Virus record (IMG/VR): IMGVR_UViG_3300028764_000001
Origin: an uncultured virus (IMG/VR IMGVR_UViG_3300028764_000001)
Taxonomy: Duplodnaviria; Heunggongvirae; Uroviricota; Caudoviricetes
Length of the DNA stretch: 64,000 bases
Direction: 5' to 3' (one strand)
Shown here: positions 46,077 to 56,889 of the stretch, in pieces
Position numbering within the stretch: position 1 is the first letter of the stretch
How the letters are laid out: each line of letters opens with the position of its first letter
The notes under the pieces: generated by a model
The model's database searches: none
What the model was told of the DNA's origin: nothing
The model's input: the letters and a program-made list of their open reading frames with translations, nothing else
Made by a program: the position numbers and the translations under genes

Positions 46077-47579
46077 ATGGCAGTCAGAATAGATACCTCA
46101 AAAAAATGGTTGTCATCACAAGAAATAAAAGAATTATCCACAGCAATAAAGGATGTATTCTTTTTCTCTATGTTCATTTGGGTAGTACACCCCAAACGTG
46201 GTAAGGTAAAGTTTGACTTATACCCTTACCAACGTTCTGTGTTATACCAATTCCTTGCAAAAAGGTTTAACATTATCCTTAAGTTCAGGCAAGCTGGTAT
46301 TACAGAGTTAATTGCAATGTACTGCCTATGGTTGGCAATGTACCATCCAAACAAGAAGATTAACATTATCTCTATTAAAGATACAATTGCTAAGAAGGTG
46401 TTAAAGAAGATTAAGTTCATGTATAAGAACCTACCCTCTCACCTTCAAACACCAATAATCAATGGTAGGGGTGGCGAGATAGGATCAACAACAGAAATAG
46501 AATTCATAAATGGATCACTCATCACCTCCATCCCTACCACTGAGGATGCTGGACGTTCAGAAGGTTTATCCCTATTAGTAATTGATGAAGCAGCAATTAT
46601 TCGATGGGCATCTACTATCTGGGCTTCTGCATTCCCGACATTATCAACTGGTGGTTCAGCAATAGTAAACTCTACCCCATATGGTGTTGGTAACTTCTAC
46701 CATAGTTCTTGGGTAGATGCAGTATCTGGAGAAAGTCCTTTATCACCAATACGACTTAGGTGGCAAATGCATCCTGAACGTGATCAAGATTGGTACGATG
46801 AAATGTCTCAGGCATTAGGAAACAAAAGAACTGCTCAAGAAATTGATGGTGACTTTTTATCATCTGGTAATTCAGTATTTGACTTAGCAGATATCAAGTC
46901 AATCGAAGAGATGCTTTCAGAATACCCTGCAATAAAAACCAGATTTAATGGGCAATATAAACAATTCGATTTACCAGACAGGAAAAAACGATACTTCATT
47001 GGTGCTGACTGTTCAACTGGTAGAAGTAGTGATTACTCATCCTTCACTAATATGGATAAAGCTGGAGAAGAGGCCTCTGTATATAAAGGTAGGATGCCTT
47101 TAAATAAATTCAGCAGGTTACTTGCAGATGAGGGTCAGAAATATAACTTTGCCAGACTTGGGCCAGAAACTAATGATGTTGGTATGGCAGTTACTATGTA
47201 CCTACAGGATGAGGGTTATCCAAATATGTACTACTTTACTAAGCTTTTAAAAAAGAAAGGCAAACATAAACCAGAAACAGAACAATTCCCTGGTTGGCTT
47301 ACTACTACAAAGAACCGCTCTTTAATTGTAGAAGGTTTAGAAAAAGATATCCGAGAAGACAATGTAATTATCAAAGATCCATTCTTTGTACAAGAAGCCT
47401 ATACTTTCATTTATGATGGTGTAGGCCGTCCTGTAGCAATGGGCAAACATCAAAGAAGTTCATCAGTAGATATTGATCTGGAAGGAGAAACTTATGCTGA
47501 TGATGATATATTTGGGAAATCTATAACCAACCATATAAGGAAAGCCCCATCTAACAACGTAGTAGTTTTACCTCAATAA
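46077..47579 (+). CDS. terL: Terminase large subunit
   Basis: LYPYQ, LKFRQAGIT, LLVIDEAA, NSTPYG, nuclease IGADCSTG...ADDD. Confidence 0.95.
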   Translation: MAVRIDTSKKWLSSQEIKELSTAIKDVFFFSMFIWVVHPKRGKVKFDLYPYQRSVLYQFLAKRFNIILKFRQAGITELIAMYCLWLAMYHPNKKINIISIKDTIAKKVLKKIKFMYKNLPSHLQTPIINGRGGEIGSTTEIEFINGSLITSIPTTEDAGRSEGLSLLVIDEAAIIRWASTIWASAFPTLSTGGSAIVNSTPYGVGNFYHSSWVDAVSGESPLSPIRLRWQMHPERDQDWYDEMSQALGNKRTAQEIDGDFLSSGNSVFDLADIKSIEEMLSEYPAIKTRFNGQYKQFDLPDRKKRYFIGADCSTGRSSDYSSFTNMDKAGEEASVYKGRMPLNKFSRLLADEGQKYNFARLGPETNDVGMAVTMYLQDEGYPNMYYFTKLLKKKGKHKPETEQFPGWLTTTKNRSLIVEGLEKDIREDNVIIKDPFFVQEAYTFIYDGVGRPVAMGKHQRSSSVDIDLEGETYADDDIFGKSITNHIRKAPSNNVVVLPQ

Positions 47580-47591
47580 ATAAATAAGCTT

Positions 47592-49097
47592 ATGGCATTC
47601 TTAGGTATCAATTGGGATTGGTCATCCTTCTTAAATAGAAAACAACCAAAAAAAGCACCCGACAACAACGACGTTGGCACTGGCCATGGAATTATACCAC
47701 CCGGTAGAACATCGGTAGCTAACGACACTGAGTACACTATAATGAGTTCTATTAAGGGTATGACAAAGATGGTCACACCTACTTTTAGGACTGAGCTAAT
47801 CCCACTAATAAGGGATCTGTATAAGGTAAACCCGGATATGAGCATTGCATTGCAAGATATGTTCAAATTATCCAACACTGGTCATAAGGTAACTTTTCCA
47901 AATAATACAGATGAAGAAGCTGCTGCAATGACAGAACATCTTCAGAATGCAACTAAAAATTGGACAAGGTATACAGCTGGTATTGATGGTTTGGTAAACA
48001 AATTCATTGTACAATGCTTAATAGGTGGAGCAGTATCTATAGAAGCTGTACCTAATAGAAAACTAAATGGTTTAGCAACTATCCTGTTTATCAAACCAGA
48101 AGAAATAATCTTTGAGAGATTAAATGATGGTGTATATCAACCATATCAGATAAACAAGAGTGCTTCCTTCATGGGAGAGAAGAATAAAAACCTGGGTGTA
48201 CCATATATAAAGCTAAATAACCAGACATTCAAATATGTATCAATGTACAATGATACTGATGAACCATATGGAGTACCACCATTCCTATCAGCACTGGATT
48301 CATTAAAGACCCAAGCTGATATGAAAACCAACCTTAAGCAAATCATGGAACTTATGGGTTTACTTGGATTCCTGGAAGTTACCATGGAAAAACCCGATAG
48401 GTTAGCTGGTGAAAGTAATAAAGCTTATGAAAATAGGCTAAAGCGTACTTTAACTGCTTTAAAACAAAACATTGCAAGTGGGATGAAGGATGGAGTAGTG
48501 GTTGGTTATAATGAAGACCATGAATTCAAATTAAACTCTACTACAAAGAACTTGGGTGGTATTGATAAGGTATGGGCATTGAATCAGCAATCCCTAGCAA
48601 ATGGGCTAGGTACCAGTGGTACCATCATTGGTGTTAATGCAACAAATTCAGAAGGCGGTGCGGGCATAGTACTTAGTAAAATGATCTCCCAACTGAGGAA
48701 TATACAAATGATAGTAATACATGTACTAGAATTTATCTATTCACTTGAATTACGCTTAGCGGGGTTTAATAATAAAGGAGTAAAGATATCTTTTACAACC
48801 TCTACTATTTCTGATGAAATGAAAATCCAACAGGGACTTGAGGTTAAGATCAGGAACTTAACTGCAATGTATGCTCAGGGCTTAATAAGCCAAGATGACT
48901 TTGCAAGGGAGATGAATCTGGTAAAACCAGCAATGGCTAAACCAAGACCCATAGTACTTGCACCTGGTGCTGGTGTATCATCTCCAGATGCTGCAGCAAA
49001 GAAACAGAAAAGAGAAAAAGGTAAAGATACTTCTGATCGTAAGGTTAGGGATAAAGTAAAAGTAGTACCCAAAAGGAAAGATCAAAAAAACACTTAA
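47592..49097 (+). CDS. Portal protein
   Basis: 501 aa directly after TerL; YGVPPFLSAL; basic tail. Confidence 0.85.
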   Translation: MAFLGINWDWSSFLNRKQPKKAPDNNDVGTGHGIIPPGRTSVANDTEYTIMSSIKGMTKMVTPTFRTELIPLIRDLYKVNPDMSIALQDMFKLSNTGHKVTFPNNTDEEAAAMTEHLQNATKNWTRYTAGIDGLVNKFIVQCLIGGAVSIEAVPNRKLNGLATILFIKPEEIIFERLNDGVYQPYQINKSASFMGEKNKNLGVPYIKLNNQTFKYVSMYNDTDEPYGVPPFLSALDSLKTQADMKTNLKQIMELMGLLGFLEVTMEKPDRLAGESNKAYENRLKRTLTALKQNIASGMKDGVVVGYNEDHEFKLNSTTKNLGGIDKVWALNQQSLANGLGTSGTIIGVNATNSEGGAGIVLSKMISQLRNIQMIVIHVLEFIYSLELRLAGFNNKGVKISFTTSTISDEMKIQQGLEVKIRNLTAMYAQGLISQDDFAREMNLVKPAMAKPRPIVLAPGAGVSSPDAAAKKQKREKGKDTSDRKVRDKVKVVPKRKDQKNT

Positions 49098-49109
49098 TAA
49101 TATAAAGAC

Positions 49110-50588
49110 ATGTTTGAAGACATATTAGTACTTGGCAATGGCCATACCTTAATAACAGGACATAAACCAAAGGGTATAGGTGAACAAGCTTTATCAGATA
49201 GCATATTTAAAGATGCTAAGGTAGCTGAAAGCCTATCATCATTTGGTTTATTTGGTAGTGGTATGAATTATAATACCTTCTACCCAGACTTAAAACCTGA
49301 AGATATCAACCCAGTAGATGGTGACTTTATTGAACCAGTGTACAGAATGTTATCTGAATGTATTGTATCTAAATATATGCCCACTGATTTTAGTCAGAAC
49401 AATGTATTGAAGAACTCAATGCACCTATTAGTAGGCCAGACAATTAACTGTGACCATGAAACAGATACAGGTAATGCAATTGGTGCAGTAAAGAATGTTA
49501 TGTGGCAAGAGTCATATACTGATAACATTAACGGTAAGAAGGTATTTGTCCCTGCTGGTATAAATGGTCTATTTAAAATTGATGCTAAATCTAACCCAAG
49601 GTTGGCAAGGGGCATATTAATGGACCCACCATCCATCCACAGTAATTCAGTAACTGTAAGGTTTACCTGGATGCCATCACATGTAAAAATGGATATCAAT
49701 CAGTTCTACGATAAAATAGGAACTTATGATGATAAGGGAGAACTTATTCGTAGGGTAGTAACTGAAATAATATGCTACATGGAAACCTCACTAGTATCTG
49801 CCGGTGCTGACCCATTCGCAAAACAGATAAGGGACGGCAAAATTGTATTACCTGAAACTGCTGCAGCAAACAGCTTTTCAGAAAAAACAATGAGCAAAGG
49901 TACTAAGACCCCATCATTCTATATGGATTACAAAGATCTATCCAGAATGGAAACAATACACAATACTATGATATTTAATTATGAAAGGGAAACCAACTTA
50001 AAAAACAAAGACAATATGAATGAATTAGAACAATTCCTTGCCATTCTATTTGGTGACGGCGTACTTACTTTATCTGAAGGTGCTAAACCTGATAAGGAAA
50101 CTGCACTAGCACTAATTCAGGGTATGGTAACTAATGGCCCTTTAAAGGATGCCGAAATTACTCAGCTTAAAGCTGATAAAGAAAACCTGTCATTAAGTAT
50201 CACTGCTAAAGACACAGAAATTGAACAGCTTAAAGCTGATAAACCAGATGCTGCTTTAGTAGCCTTAGGAACAAGTTTATTATCTGATGCCCGTGTTGAA
50301 ACTATTGCAAACTACAATAAAGTGGTTGGTGAAACACCAGATGCCTCTATTGTAACCATGCTTAACAGTGCAAGCCATGAAACTTTGGTAGCATTAAACA
50401 AAGGTTACAACCAACAGTTAGAAGAAAAATTCCCACTATCCTGTAGCAACTGTGGTTCACATGATGTAAGCCGGGCCTCATCTTCTAAAGAAGTCCAGGA
50501 AAGTAATTCAAAAGAAGAGGTAAAAGATACCCAAACTTCTATTGCTGCATTACGTGAAAGGAAATTCCGGTCAGAAAAACAGAATTAG
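49110..50588 (+). CDS. Prohead protease/scaffold
   Basis: NCDHE...AIG, SNSVTV, ETSLVSAGADPFA; C-terminal coiled coil with CSNCGS. Confidence 0.75.
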   Translation: MFEDILVLGNGHTLITGHKPKGIGEQALSDSIFKDAKVAESLSSFGLFGSGMNYNTFYPDLKPEDINPVDGDFIEPVYRMLSECIVSKYMPTDFSQNNVLKNSMHLLVGQTINCDHETDTGNAIGAVKNVMWQESYTDNINGKKVFVPAGINGLFKIDAKSNPRLARGILMDPPSIHSNSVTVRFTWMPSHVKMDINQFYDKIGTYDDKGELIRRVVTEIICYMETSLVSAGADPFAKQIRDGKIVLPETAAANSFSEKTMSKGTKTPSFYMDYKDLSRMETIHNTMIFNYERETNLKNKDNMNELEQFLAILFGDGVLTLSEGAKPDKETALALIQGMVTNGPLKDAEITQLKADKENLSLSITAKDTEIEQLKADKPDAALVALGTSLLSDARVETIANYNKVVGETPDASIVTMLNSASHETLVALNKGYNQQLEEKFPLSCSNCGSHDVSRASSSKEVQESNSKEEVKDTQTSIAALRERKFRSEKQN

Positions 50589-50652
50589 TGGAATCAAACT
50601 CAGAGAGATAGATATCCCTTATAAACACTCTTATTAAAAAGAACAAAAAAGT

Positions 50653-51114
50653 ATGAACAATCAAATGACGTTATTGGGGGATATCACCCCAAAAAATGTG
50701 ATTCACAAAAATGAGTCACATAAATTGGCCAATGCTTTCCCTGTAGAAGCGGGCAAAGTAATTGTTGAAGGCCAACAGGTAGTTATACTACCAAATGGTA
50801 ATATCCGGGGTTTTGAAGCTGCAGATAATTTGAACCATATCATTGGTATAGCAATCAATGGTTCTGCACATGCTGCTTATGGTGCAAGTTTACAACATGG
50901 GCCTGTTGATGTTACAGTATTCGTAAGAGGCTATGCCATCACTTATGGTTTTGCTTCTGAAGCCATTAATGCCGGACCTGTTAAACCAAATGGTACACTT
51001 GATGCTACCTTACGTTTCTCCCAATATGCGCAAGCTGAAGTAAATGACCCAGTTATTGCCATTGCCCTTAACCCTGCAGAATTGGGTGAACTTGTACAAT
51101 TACTAATCCTGTAA
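50653..51114 (+). CDS. Head decoration/cement protein
   Basis: 153 aa beta-rich (IIGIA...VTVFVRG) between protease and MCP. Confidence 0.65.
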   Translation: MNNQMTLLGDITPKNVIHKNESHKLANAFPVEAGKVIVEGQQVVILPNGNIRGFEAADNLNHIIGIAINGSAHAAYGASLQHGPVDVTVFVRGYAITYGFASEAINAGPVKPNGTLDATLRFSQYAQAEVNDPVIAIALNPAELGELVQLLIL

Positions 51115-51126
51115 CAACATAAGAAA

Positions 51127-52254
51127 ATGGAAGATAATAAAAAAATTGATCTGTCTCAATTGAAGGCAAATGACTTCGTAAAAGAATTCCCACAGATGGT
51201 CCAATCATTGGATGCAGTTAGGGGGGGTAGTGATAAAGTAAAACCAGTAGAACTTTCATTTGATGAATTGGTTCAGGAAAAATGGGGTATATCACAGGAT
51301 GATGTATTAAGCCGGGTAGGTATTAACACAAAGGTTGATACCATGGAAAACATTTTCACAATGCCAGATCCAAACATCCGTTGGGTAGTTCCTGAAATTA
51401 TCCGTACTGCTATTACATTGGGTATGCGCCAGGCACCTTTCTATCCAAACTTAATTGCAAGTGATCAGCCAATTACTGGGCTATCCGCAATCATGCCATG
51501 GATCAATATGAGCGATGCTGCTCCATCAAAATTGGGGGAAGCTGAAACCATCCCACTGGGTACTATCAGTTATGGACAGAAAACAGTTAACCTGTTCAAA
51601 ATCGGTAAAGGTGTAAAAATTACAGATGAGGTAAGAAGTTATGTATCACTTGATGTAATGTCAATCTTCCTTCGTGACTTTGGTATTCAATTGGGTTATG
51701 CAATGGATACTCTGGCAATGGATACTTTGATTAATGGTAATAAACCAGATGGTTCAGAAGCCGTCTCAGTAATTGGTGTAAAAACTGTTGGTGCAATTGC
51801 TTATCGTGATTTACTCAGGGTATGGATCCGTTCTGCAAGAATGGGCCGAGTATTTAGTACCATGATTGGTGGTGAAGAAATTGCCATTGATATCCTGGAT
51901 TTGCCAGAATTTAAACAACGTATGTTGGGAACAACTGTTGCAACATTAAACATCAAATCACCGGTACCAAGTTCTTCTGACTATTTCATTCACCCAGGTG
52001 CTCCTGATAACACAACGTTATTAGTTGATAAACGTGCTGCAATGATTAAACTTACAGCAAAGAACCTTACACTTGAAAGCGAAAGAATTGTATCAAATCA
52101 AACTGAAGCAGTCTATGCAAGTTTGACTACTGGCTTCTCTAAGATGTTCCAGGATGCTTCCATCTTAATTGATCAAAGCAAACTGTTCTCAGCTTATGGT
52201 TTCCCAGCATTCATGAATATCGACCCTTACTTAAGTGTAGCATTGGGACAATAA
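51127..52254 (+). CDS. Major capsid protein (HK97 fold)
   Basis: 375 aa; WVVPEII, LGEAETIP, KIGKGVKITDE; followed by a terminator. Confidence 0.9.
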   Translation: MEDNKKIDLSQLKANDFVKEFPQMVQSLDAVRGGSDKVKPVELSFDELVQEKWGISQDDVLSRVGINTKVDTMENIFTMPDPNIRWVVPEIIRTAITLGMRQAPFYPNLIASDQPITGLSAIMPWINMSDAAPSKLGEAETIPLGTISYGQKTVNLFKIGKGVKITDEVRSYVSLDVMSIFLRDFGIQLGYAMDTLAMDTLINGNKPDGSEAVSVIGVKTVGAIAYRDLLRVWIRSARMGRVFSTMIGGEEIAIDILDLPEFKQRMLGTTVATLNIKSPVPSSSDYFIHPGAPDNTTLLVDKRAAMIKLTAKNLTLESERIVSNQTEAVYASLTTGFSKMFQDASILIDQSKLFSAYGFPAFMNIDPYLSVALGQ

Positions 52255-52274
52255 CCTGTTTTTTACAAACTTGA

Positions 52275-52307
52275 AAAAGAGGCTGCTAATATATGGTAGC
52301 CTCTTTT
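52275..52307 (+). terminator. Intrinsic terminator after MCP
   Basis: aaaagaggctgc...gtagcctctttt. Confidence 0.8.
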
Positions 52308-52343
52308 ATACTTAAAACAACAACACAACAAAAATATATTATT

Positions 52344-52736
52344 ATGGCAAAAACTAAAAAAATAACGCTTGGTGCTCAGTCAAGTTATTTCCATGACCCT
52401 TACACAAATACATCTATCGCAAAGGGTGAAGTAGTTGAAATTGAAGAAAGTAAATTACGTACTAAAAGGATACGTAGTGCAATGGCTTCTGGTCACTTGG
52501 AAATTGCTACATCTATTGATGTTGAACTAGATGAACTTGATGGTGAAAAACTTATCAAAAAAATTACAGCTTTAGCAACTTCTGGTAAGGATTCAAAGAA
52601 AGCTGCAAGTGCATTCAACAATGATGAAGTTTCATACCTTTGTGAAAAATTCGAAATTGAACCTGAAGAATCAGATACCAAACAAACTTTGGTAGATGCA
52701 TTATTCGCTAAAATTATTGAACAGTCAAAAAACTAA
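52344..52736 (+). CDS. Hypothetical head-associated protein
   Basis: Start ATG 52344; C-terminal helical segment TKQTLVDAL. Confidence 0.7.
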   Translation: MAKTKKITLGAQSSYFHDPYTNTSIAKGEVVEIEESKLRTKRIRSAMASGHLEIATSIDVELDELDGEKLIKKITALATSGKDSKKAASAFNNDEVSYLCEKFEIEPEESDTKQTLVDALFAKIIEQSKN

Positions 52737-52754
52737 TCCTCAAAAAACATAGGC

Positions 52755-53576
52755 ATGAAGGTAGGTTATTCATTTACCAAAAATAGCTTGATGGTTACAT
52801 TTAGAGATATATCCAGAGAAGTCCCGGTCGGTAGTACATACCACTGGGACTTTGGTGATTCTAATGTAGCCGAAGATGATAAAAACCCGTCCCATACTTA
52901 TTCGTTGCCTGGTTTTTATCTAGTAATACTAACAATAACCCCAAATGGGGAAACACTACCCCAAAGTTATAAAGTGGTAATTGGGGTAAGTGATAAAGCA
53001 ATAACCACATTATCTGATTCAGTCTATAACCTTATAGACTTTATCCTCCCAGCAGGATTCATTACACCAACTGATTATGAGTTCACTAAAAGAATTTATA
53101 TTGAGAAATGGCAACTATATATACAGCCTCTAGTAGACCATGATATTCCACAAGAAGAATATAATAATGAATTATACTATGAAGCACTAGAAAACCAGCT
53201 AATAATGGAATTGGCTGTATATGATTGGATAAATGCAGAAATGCTAAATCTAATGGGCTCACTATCCCAATATGGCTCATCAGGATCCTCAGATGGAGGC
53301 AACAATGGTGAAGTAAAAAAGATTACTACAGGTCCTACAGATGTAGAGTTCTTCAGCTTAATTGATACAGCATATAAAACTCTTGTAGCTGCAATAAAAA
53401 AGGATGGCATAGTAGACGTAATTAAAAATAACCTCTGCATGTTATCAGCAAGGCTTTCCATATACATCCCAATTTGCTCAATGCTTCCTACTGGGGTTAT
53501 TGTACCAGAGGTGGCAAATCGAAGAGAACCAGGATTATTGGGTGGACCCAATCCAACATTCCCCATTAGAAAATAA
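52755..53576 (+). CDS. PKD-domain head-tail adaptor
   Basis: TYHWDFGD...NPSHTYSLPGFYLVILT (PKD); VKKITTGPTDVEF is adaptor-like. Confidence 0.75.
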   Translation: MKVGYSFTKNSLMVTFRDISREVPVGSTYHWDFGDSNVAEDDKNPSHTYSLPGFYLVILTITPNGETLPQSYKVVIGVSDKAITTLSDSVYNLIDFILPAGFITPTDYEFTKRIYIEKWQLYIQPLVDHDIPQEEYNNELYYEALENQLIMELAVYDWINAEMLNLMGSLSQYGSSGSSDGGNNGEVKKITTGPTDVEFFSLIDTAYKTLVAAIKKDGIVDVIKNNLCMLSARLSIYIPICSMLPTGVIVPEVANRREPGLLGGPNPTFPIRK

Positions 53577-53579
53577 GTC

Positions 53580-54059
53580 ATGGACATAAAATCTAGGATC
53601 CCAGATTCAATGTGGGGTAGGTATAAAAAAATTGTAGTAGACTTCTTAGATAGTGATGTGGGTAAAAAGGTAATAATTTGGAAAAAGGCAATCACCACAC
53701 CTTCCCAATTTGGTGAAGACAGCCCAAACACCTTTTATCCTGATATCCAGTTAGAAGTATTGGTAGGGGATAACTTTTTCCGTACCTGGCCAATAAATAG
53801 GGCAACACTAAGTGGAGAATTAGACAACCAAAACTGTTCTATATGGGTATCTGCTAAAAAACTACTAGAACTGGGTTATTTAAACTCTAATGGTTATTGG
53901 GCTTTTGATAAAACCTTAGACAGGTTCATAATAGATGGTATAACCTATAAAACCTCAGGTGATACAGAAACAGCCCAAGCAAAAGATACTTCATTGCTTT
54001 TCATGGTGGTATTAAAGAGGGAAGAGATTGATAACAGTAGACAACCAATAGCTGATTAA
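53580..54059 (+). CDS. Head closure protein (putative)
   Basis: Size and position; DRFIIDGITYK. Confidence 0.6.
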   Translation: MDIKSRIPDSMWGRYKKIVVDFLDSDVGKKVIIWKKAITTPSQFGEDSPNTFYPDIQLEVLVGDNFFRTWPINRATLSGELDNQNCSIWVSAKKLLELGYLNSNGYWAFDKTLDRFIIDGITYKTSGDTETAQAKDTSLLFMVVLKREEIDNSRQPIAD

Positions 54060-54062
54060 ACC

Positions 54063-56237
54063 ATGGCAAAACTATCTAAATACATAAAGAATAACATTAC
54101 CACAACAGAGCCTGGTTTTATGCTAGATGCTAGAGTGGGTGAACTAATTGGCCAAGGTGGTAATATACCAACAATCACAGCTAACTCACTAGCCTTTTTT
54201 GATAATTTCCCAAACTCAGGTTTTTATCAAAACATAGGGGCATTGGGTGGTACATACTCTGCAATGTTTAGTGCACCATTCTTAAAACAGAGAGTGGATA
54301 CCATTGATAAAGTATATACCAGGTCAATAGATGTATCTATAGGTCCAGGTGCTATAATACCAGAATTTAGGTTATATGGTACAAGCCAACTTTCAATACC
54401 AGTACCTGAAGCAGAAGAAATCAAACTAATCCTTGGTCATCAAACATATACTGTAAATGTAAGTACAGCAGAGAATTTTAAAATAAGTGCTGATGTAACT
54501 GGTTGTAGTGTTGTATTTCCATCACTTGGGAGTGTTTCTAGGTCTATAACCTTTATAATCCCAACCATATCACTGCCTATTACTTTTAACGGAGTACTGA
54601 TACCAGCAGGTAATACTGTATTTGCCATATATACACTTGGTGTATGGGCAATAGATTCTACAGTAGTGAACATACCAGTAATACCAAACTATTCTGATAT
54701 AAGTGTACAGTATAAAGTTAATGAAGACATTACACTTATAGAATTTTCTGGGGGTAAACTGTTAACAACATCACCAACTATATTAGGCTTCTTAAAAGAT
54801 GACAAGGTATTACTCTCAAAACAAAACAATTTAAATGAAATAGGTGTATACCAGATTACAATAAAAACTATTTCCTATGCTTTATTACAACCAATATCTT
54901 TAGGCATAAACTTAAATATTATAAGGGTAATGGGATTTGGTTCATACCAAAATCAGTTTGATGGTTTTGATACATCTACTATATCTTTTTTAAGACTAGT
55001 GGACAAAGCAGACTATTCAGGTCAAAATGTATATGAAAATGTGGGAGGTGTTGAATCAACTACTAAAGCTGATGTTGAATTATCAAAGAGAGCTGGCTAT
55101 TCATCCTATGCAGGATATTCAAATAGTGCTGGGGCTGATGAAGATGGTAACAATATACCTGCAACTTATGCTACTAAAGAGGCTTTAGATTCATCAATAA
55201 GACCAGATACAATGCTTGTCTATGAGAAGGCTACATTTATATCAAATGATTTTGGTGATATGCCTAAAAGTACATTTGAATTGTCAAAACTTCCAATAAG
55301 TATAGCAGGTATTATTGGATTATATACTTACCAAAGGATGCAATGGGATTATGCATCTCCACAATTATTAAATGGTAAGGTACTTACCATAAATAATGAT
55401 TCAATGAGGGATGGTGCAACCAATGATCTTTATGTTAAATACTTCACTCAAATACCAAACTTAGCATTAAGTGCAAAAGAAAATATTGGTGTTGCAGCCG
55501 GACTAATTTCAGAATTAAAAGATGGTGTTGGAACAACAGGAGATACACTTCAAAAACTATATAACCTTATTTTAGGAGCTACTGAACAACAGGTTGTTCC
55601 GAATATAGCTGCAAGAGACGCCTTTAATATACCTCGTTTACCATATTCATTATTTGTGGCTGACGACGGAGATGGTAAATGGGCTGTTTACCAGGCCATC
55701 ACAACAGGTATGGCTGCAAGTTTTGTGAAGATATCTGACCCAGACTTATTAAATGCTGTAATGTCATCGGCTCAAATAAAGTTAGCATATGAAAGTAATC
55801 CAGATACAAATGCGCTTACAAATGCGCTGCTTACTAAACTTAATTCATTAACAGCATTAACTTCAGATCAATTAAAGATACTGAACACAATACCACTTGT
55901 TTGTTCAGATGAAACAACAGATATTACAGCTTCTACAACAGTAAGAAAGAACAGATATGTTTTTCAAACAGCACAAAGTTTCACAAACATAATTGGGGAA
56001 TTAATTGTGCCAGCTGTTGGTGGAACGTTCACTGTCATTGTAAAGAAAAATGGAGTATCTATTTTCTCAACCAATTTGACTTTTAATGGAGGTGCCAATA
56101 CAACGAGAACAGCCACTACACCCGCTGTATTGACTTCTAATCCTATAAGTTTTGCTATTGGTGATAATGTAGAGGTTTTTGTAACTGGAATTGGCTCAAT
56201 CACAGCAGGACAGGGATTGACAATCTATTTAATGTAA
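54063..56237 (+). CDS. Fibre/appendage-like virion protein
   Basis: 724-aa mosaic; ADEDGNNIPATYATK and GDTLQKL are fibre-like segments; beta-rich C-terminus. Confidence 0.6.
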   Translation: MAKLSKYIKNNITTTEPGFMLDARVGELIGQGGNIPTITANSLAFFDNFPNSGFYQNIGALGGTYSAMFSAPFLKQRVDTIDKVYTRSIDVSIGPGAIIPEFRLYGTSQLSIPVPEAEEIKLILGHQTYTVNVSTAENFKISADVTGCSVVFPSLGSVSRSITFIIPTISLPITFNGVLIPAGNTVFAIYTLGVWAIDSTVVNIPVIPNYSDISVQYKVNEDITLIEFSGGKLLTTSPTILGFLKDDKVLLSKQNNLNEIGVYQITIKTISYALLQPISLGINLNIIRVMGFGSYQNQFDGFDTSTISFLRLVDKADYSGQNVYENVGGVESTTKADVELSKRAGYSSYAGYSNSAGADEDGNNIPATYATKEALDSSIRPDTMLVYEKATFISNDFGDMPKSTFELSKLPISIAGIIGLYTYQRMQWDYASPQLLNGKVLTINNDSMRDGATNDLYVKYFTQIPNLALSAKENIGVAAGLISELKDGVGTTGDTLQKLYNLILGATEQQVVPNIAARDAFNIPRLPYSLFVADDGDGKWAVYQAITTGMAASFVKISDPDLLNAVMSSAQIKLAYESNPDTNALTNALLTKLNSLTALTSDQLKILNTIPLVCSDETTDITASTTVRKNRYVFQTAQSFTNIIGELIVPAVGGTFTVIVKKNGVSIFSTNLTFNGGANTTRTATTPAVLTSNPISFAIGDNVEVFVTGIGSITAGQGLTIYLM

Positions 56238-56256
56238 CATTTAAAAATAAAATAAT

Positions 56257-56886
56257 ATGACTGATTTAAGTAAAGGTATTTTGATCTTCTGGTTGCTTGC
56301 AACACGTAATTACGAAACAGCAATAGAAGGCATTGATTACGAAGTAAGAAACCCAAACGCAGCATGTCCGAATACGGATGGCAACCCTATAGATTTCACA
56401 GGTGCACCAGGAGCTGAAAATTATGAATGGCTTCTTAAACCGGACGGTGTCCATGTAGGTGTTGATTATCGTATCTATAAAGAAAATATTGCTCAACGAC
56501 CTACTCAAATAAAAGATGTTGAGTATCCTAATTATAGCATCTATTTAACTGAATATGGAGTTGTAAGACGTTCGAATGATGAATTAATTGCAGCTATCCG
56601 ACAAATGGAAAGCAAGGCCAATTTATCAGTTCAGGGTGAAGCGGATAAGAACAAAATGGCAATGATGTCACCTGCTGTTTATATGGCACAGGCTCAAAAT
56701 TTACCTCTAACTACGGATTTGCAAACAGTGGCAGATAGACTTATTGAAGTGGCAAATAAAGCAAATCAGAATGCTGCAAATGCCCAATCTCTAATTTCAG
56801 TTGTAACAGCTGGTGGAATCCCGGATATTGATTCAGGATGGGAGTATGATAATATTACTCCACAAGGATTTCCTTTCAACTCATAA
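56257..56886 (+). CDS. Hypothetical protein (possible fibre chaperone)
   Basis: 209-aa ORF after the fibre gene. Confidence 0.6.
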   Translation: MTDLSKGILIFWLLATRNYETAIEGIDYEVRNPNAACPNTDGNPIDFTGAPGAENYEWLLKPDGVHVGVDYRIYKENIAQRPTQIKDVEYPNYSIYLTEYGVVRRSNDELIAAIRQMESKANLSVQGEADKNKMAMMSPAVYMAQAQNLPLTTDLQTVADRLIEVANKANQNAANAQSLISVVTAGGIPDIDSGWEYDNITPQGFPFNS

Positions 56887-56889
56887 GCT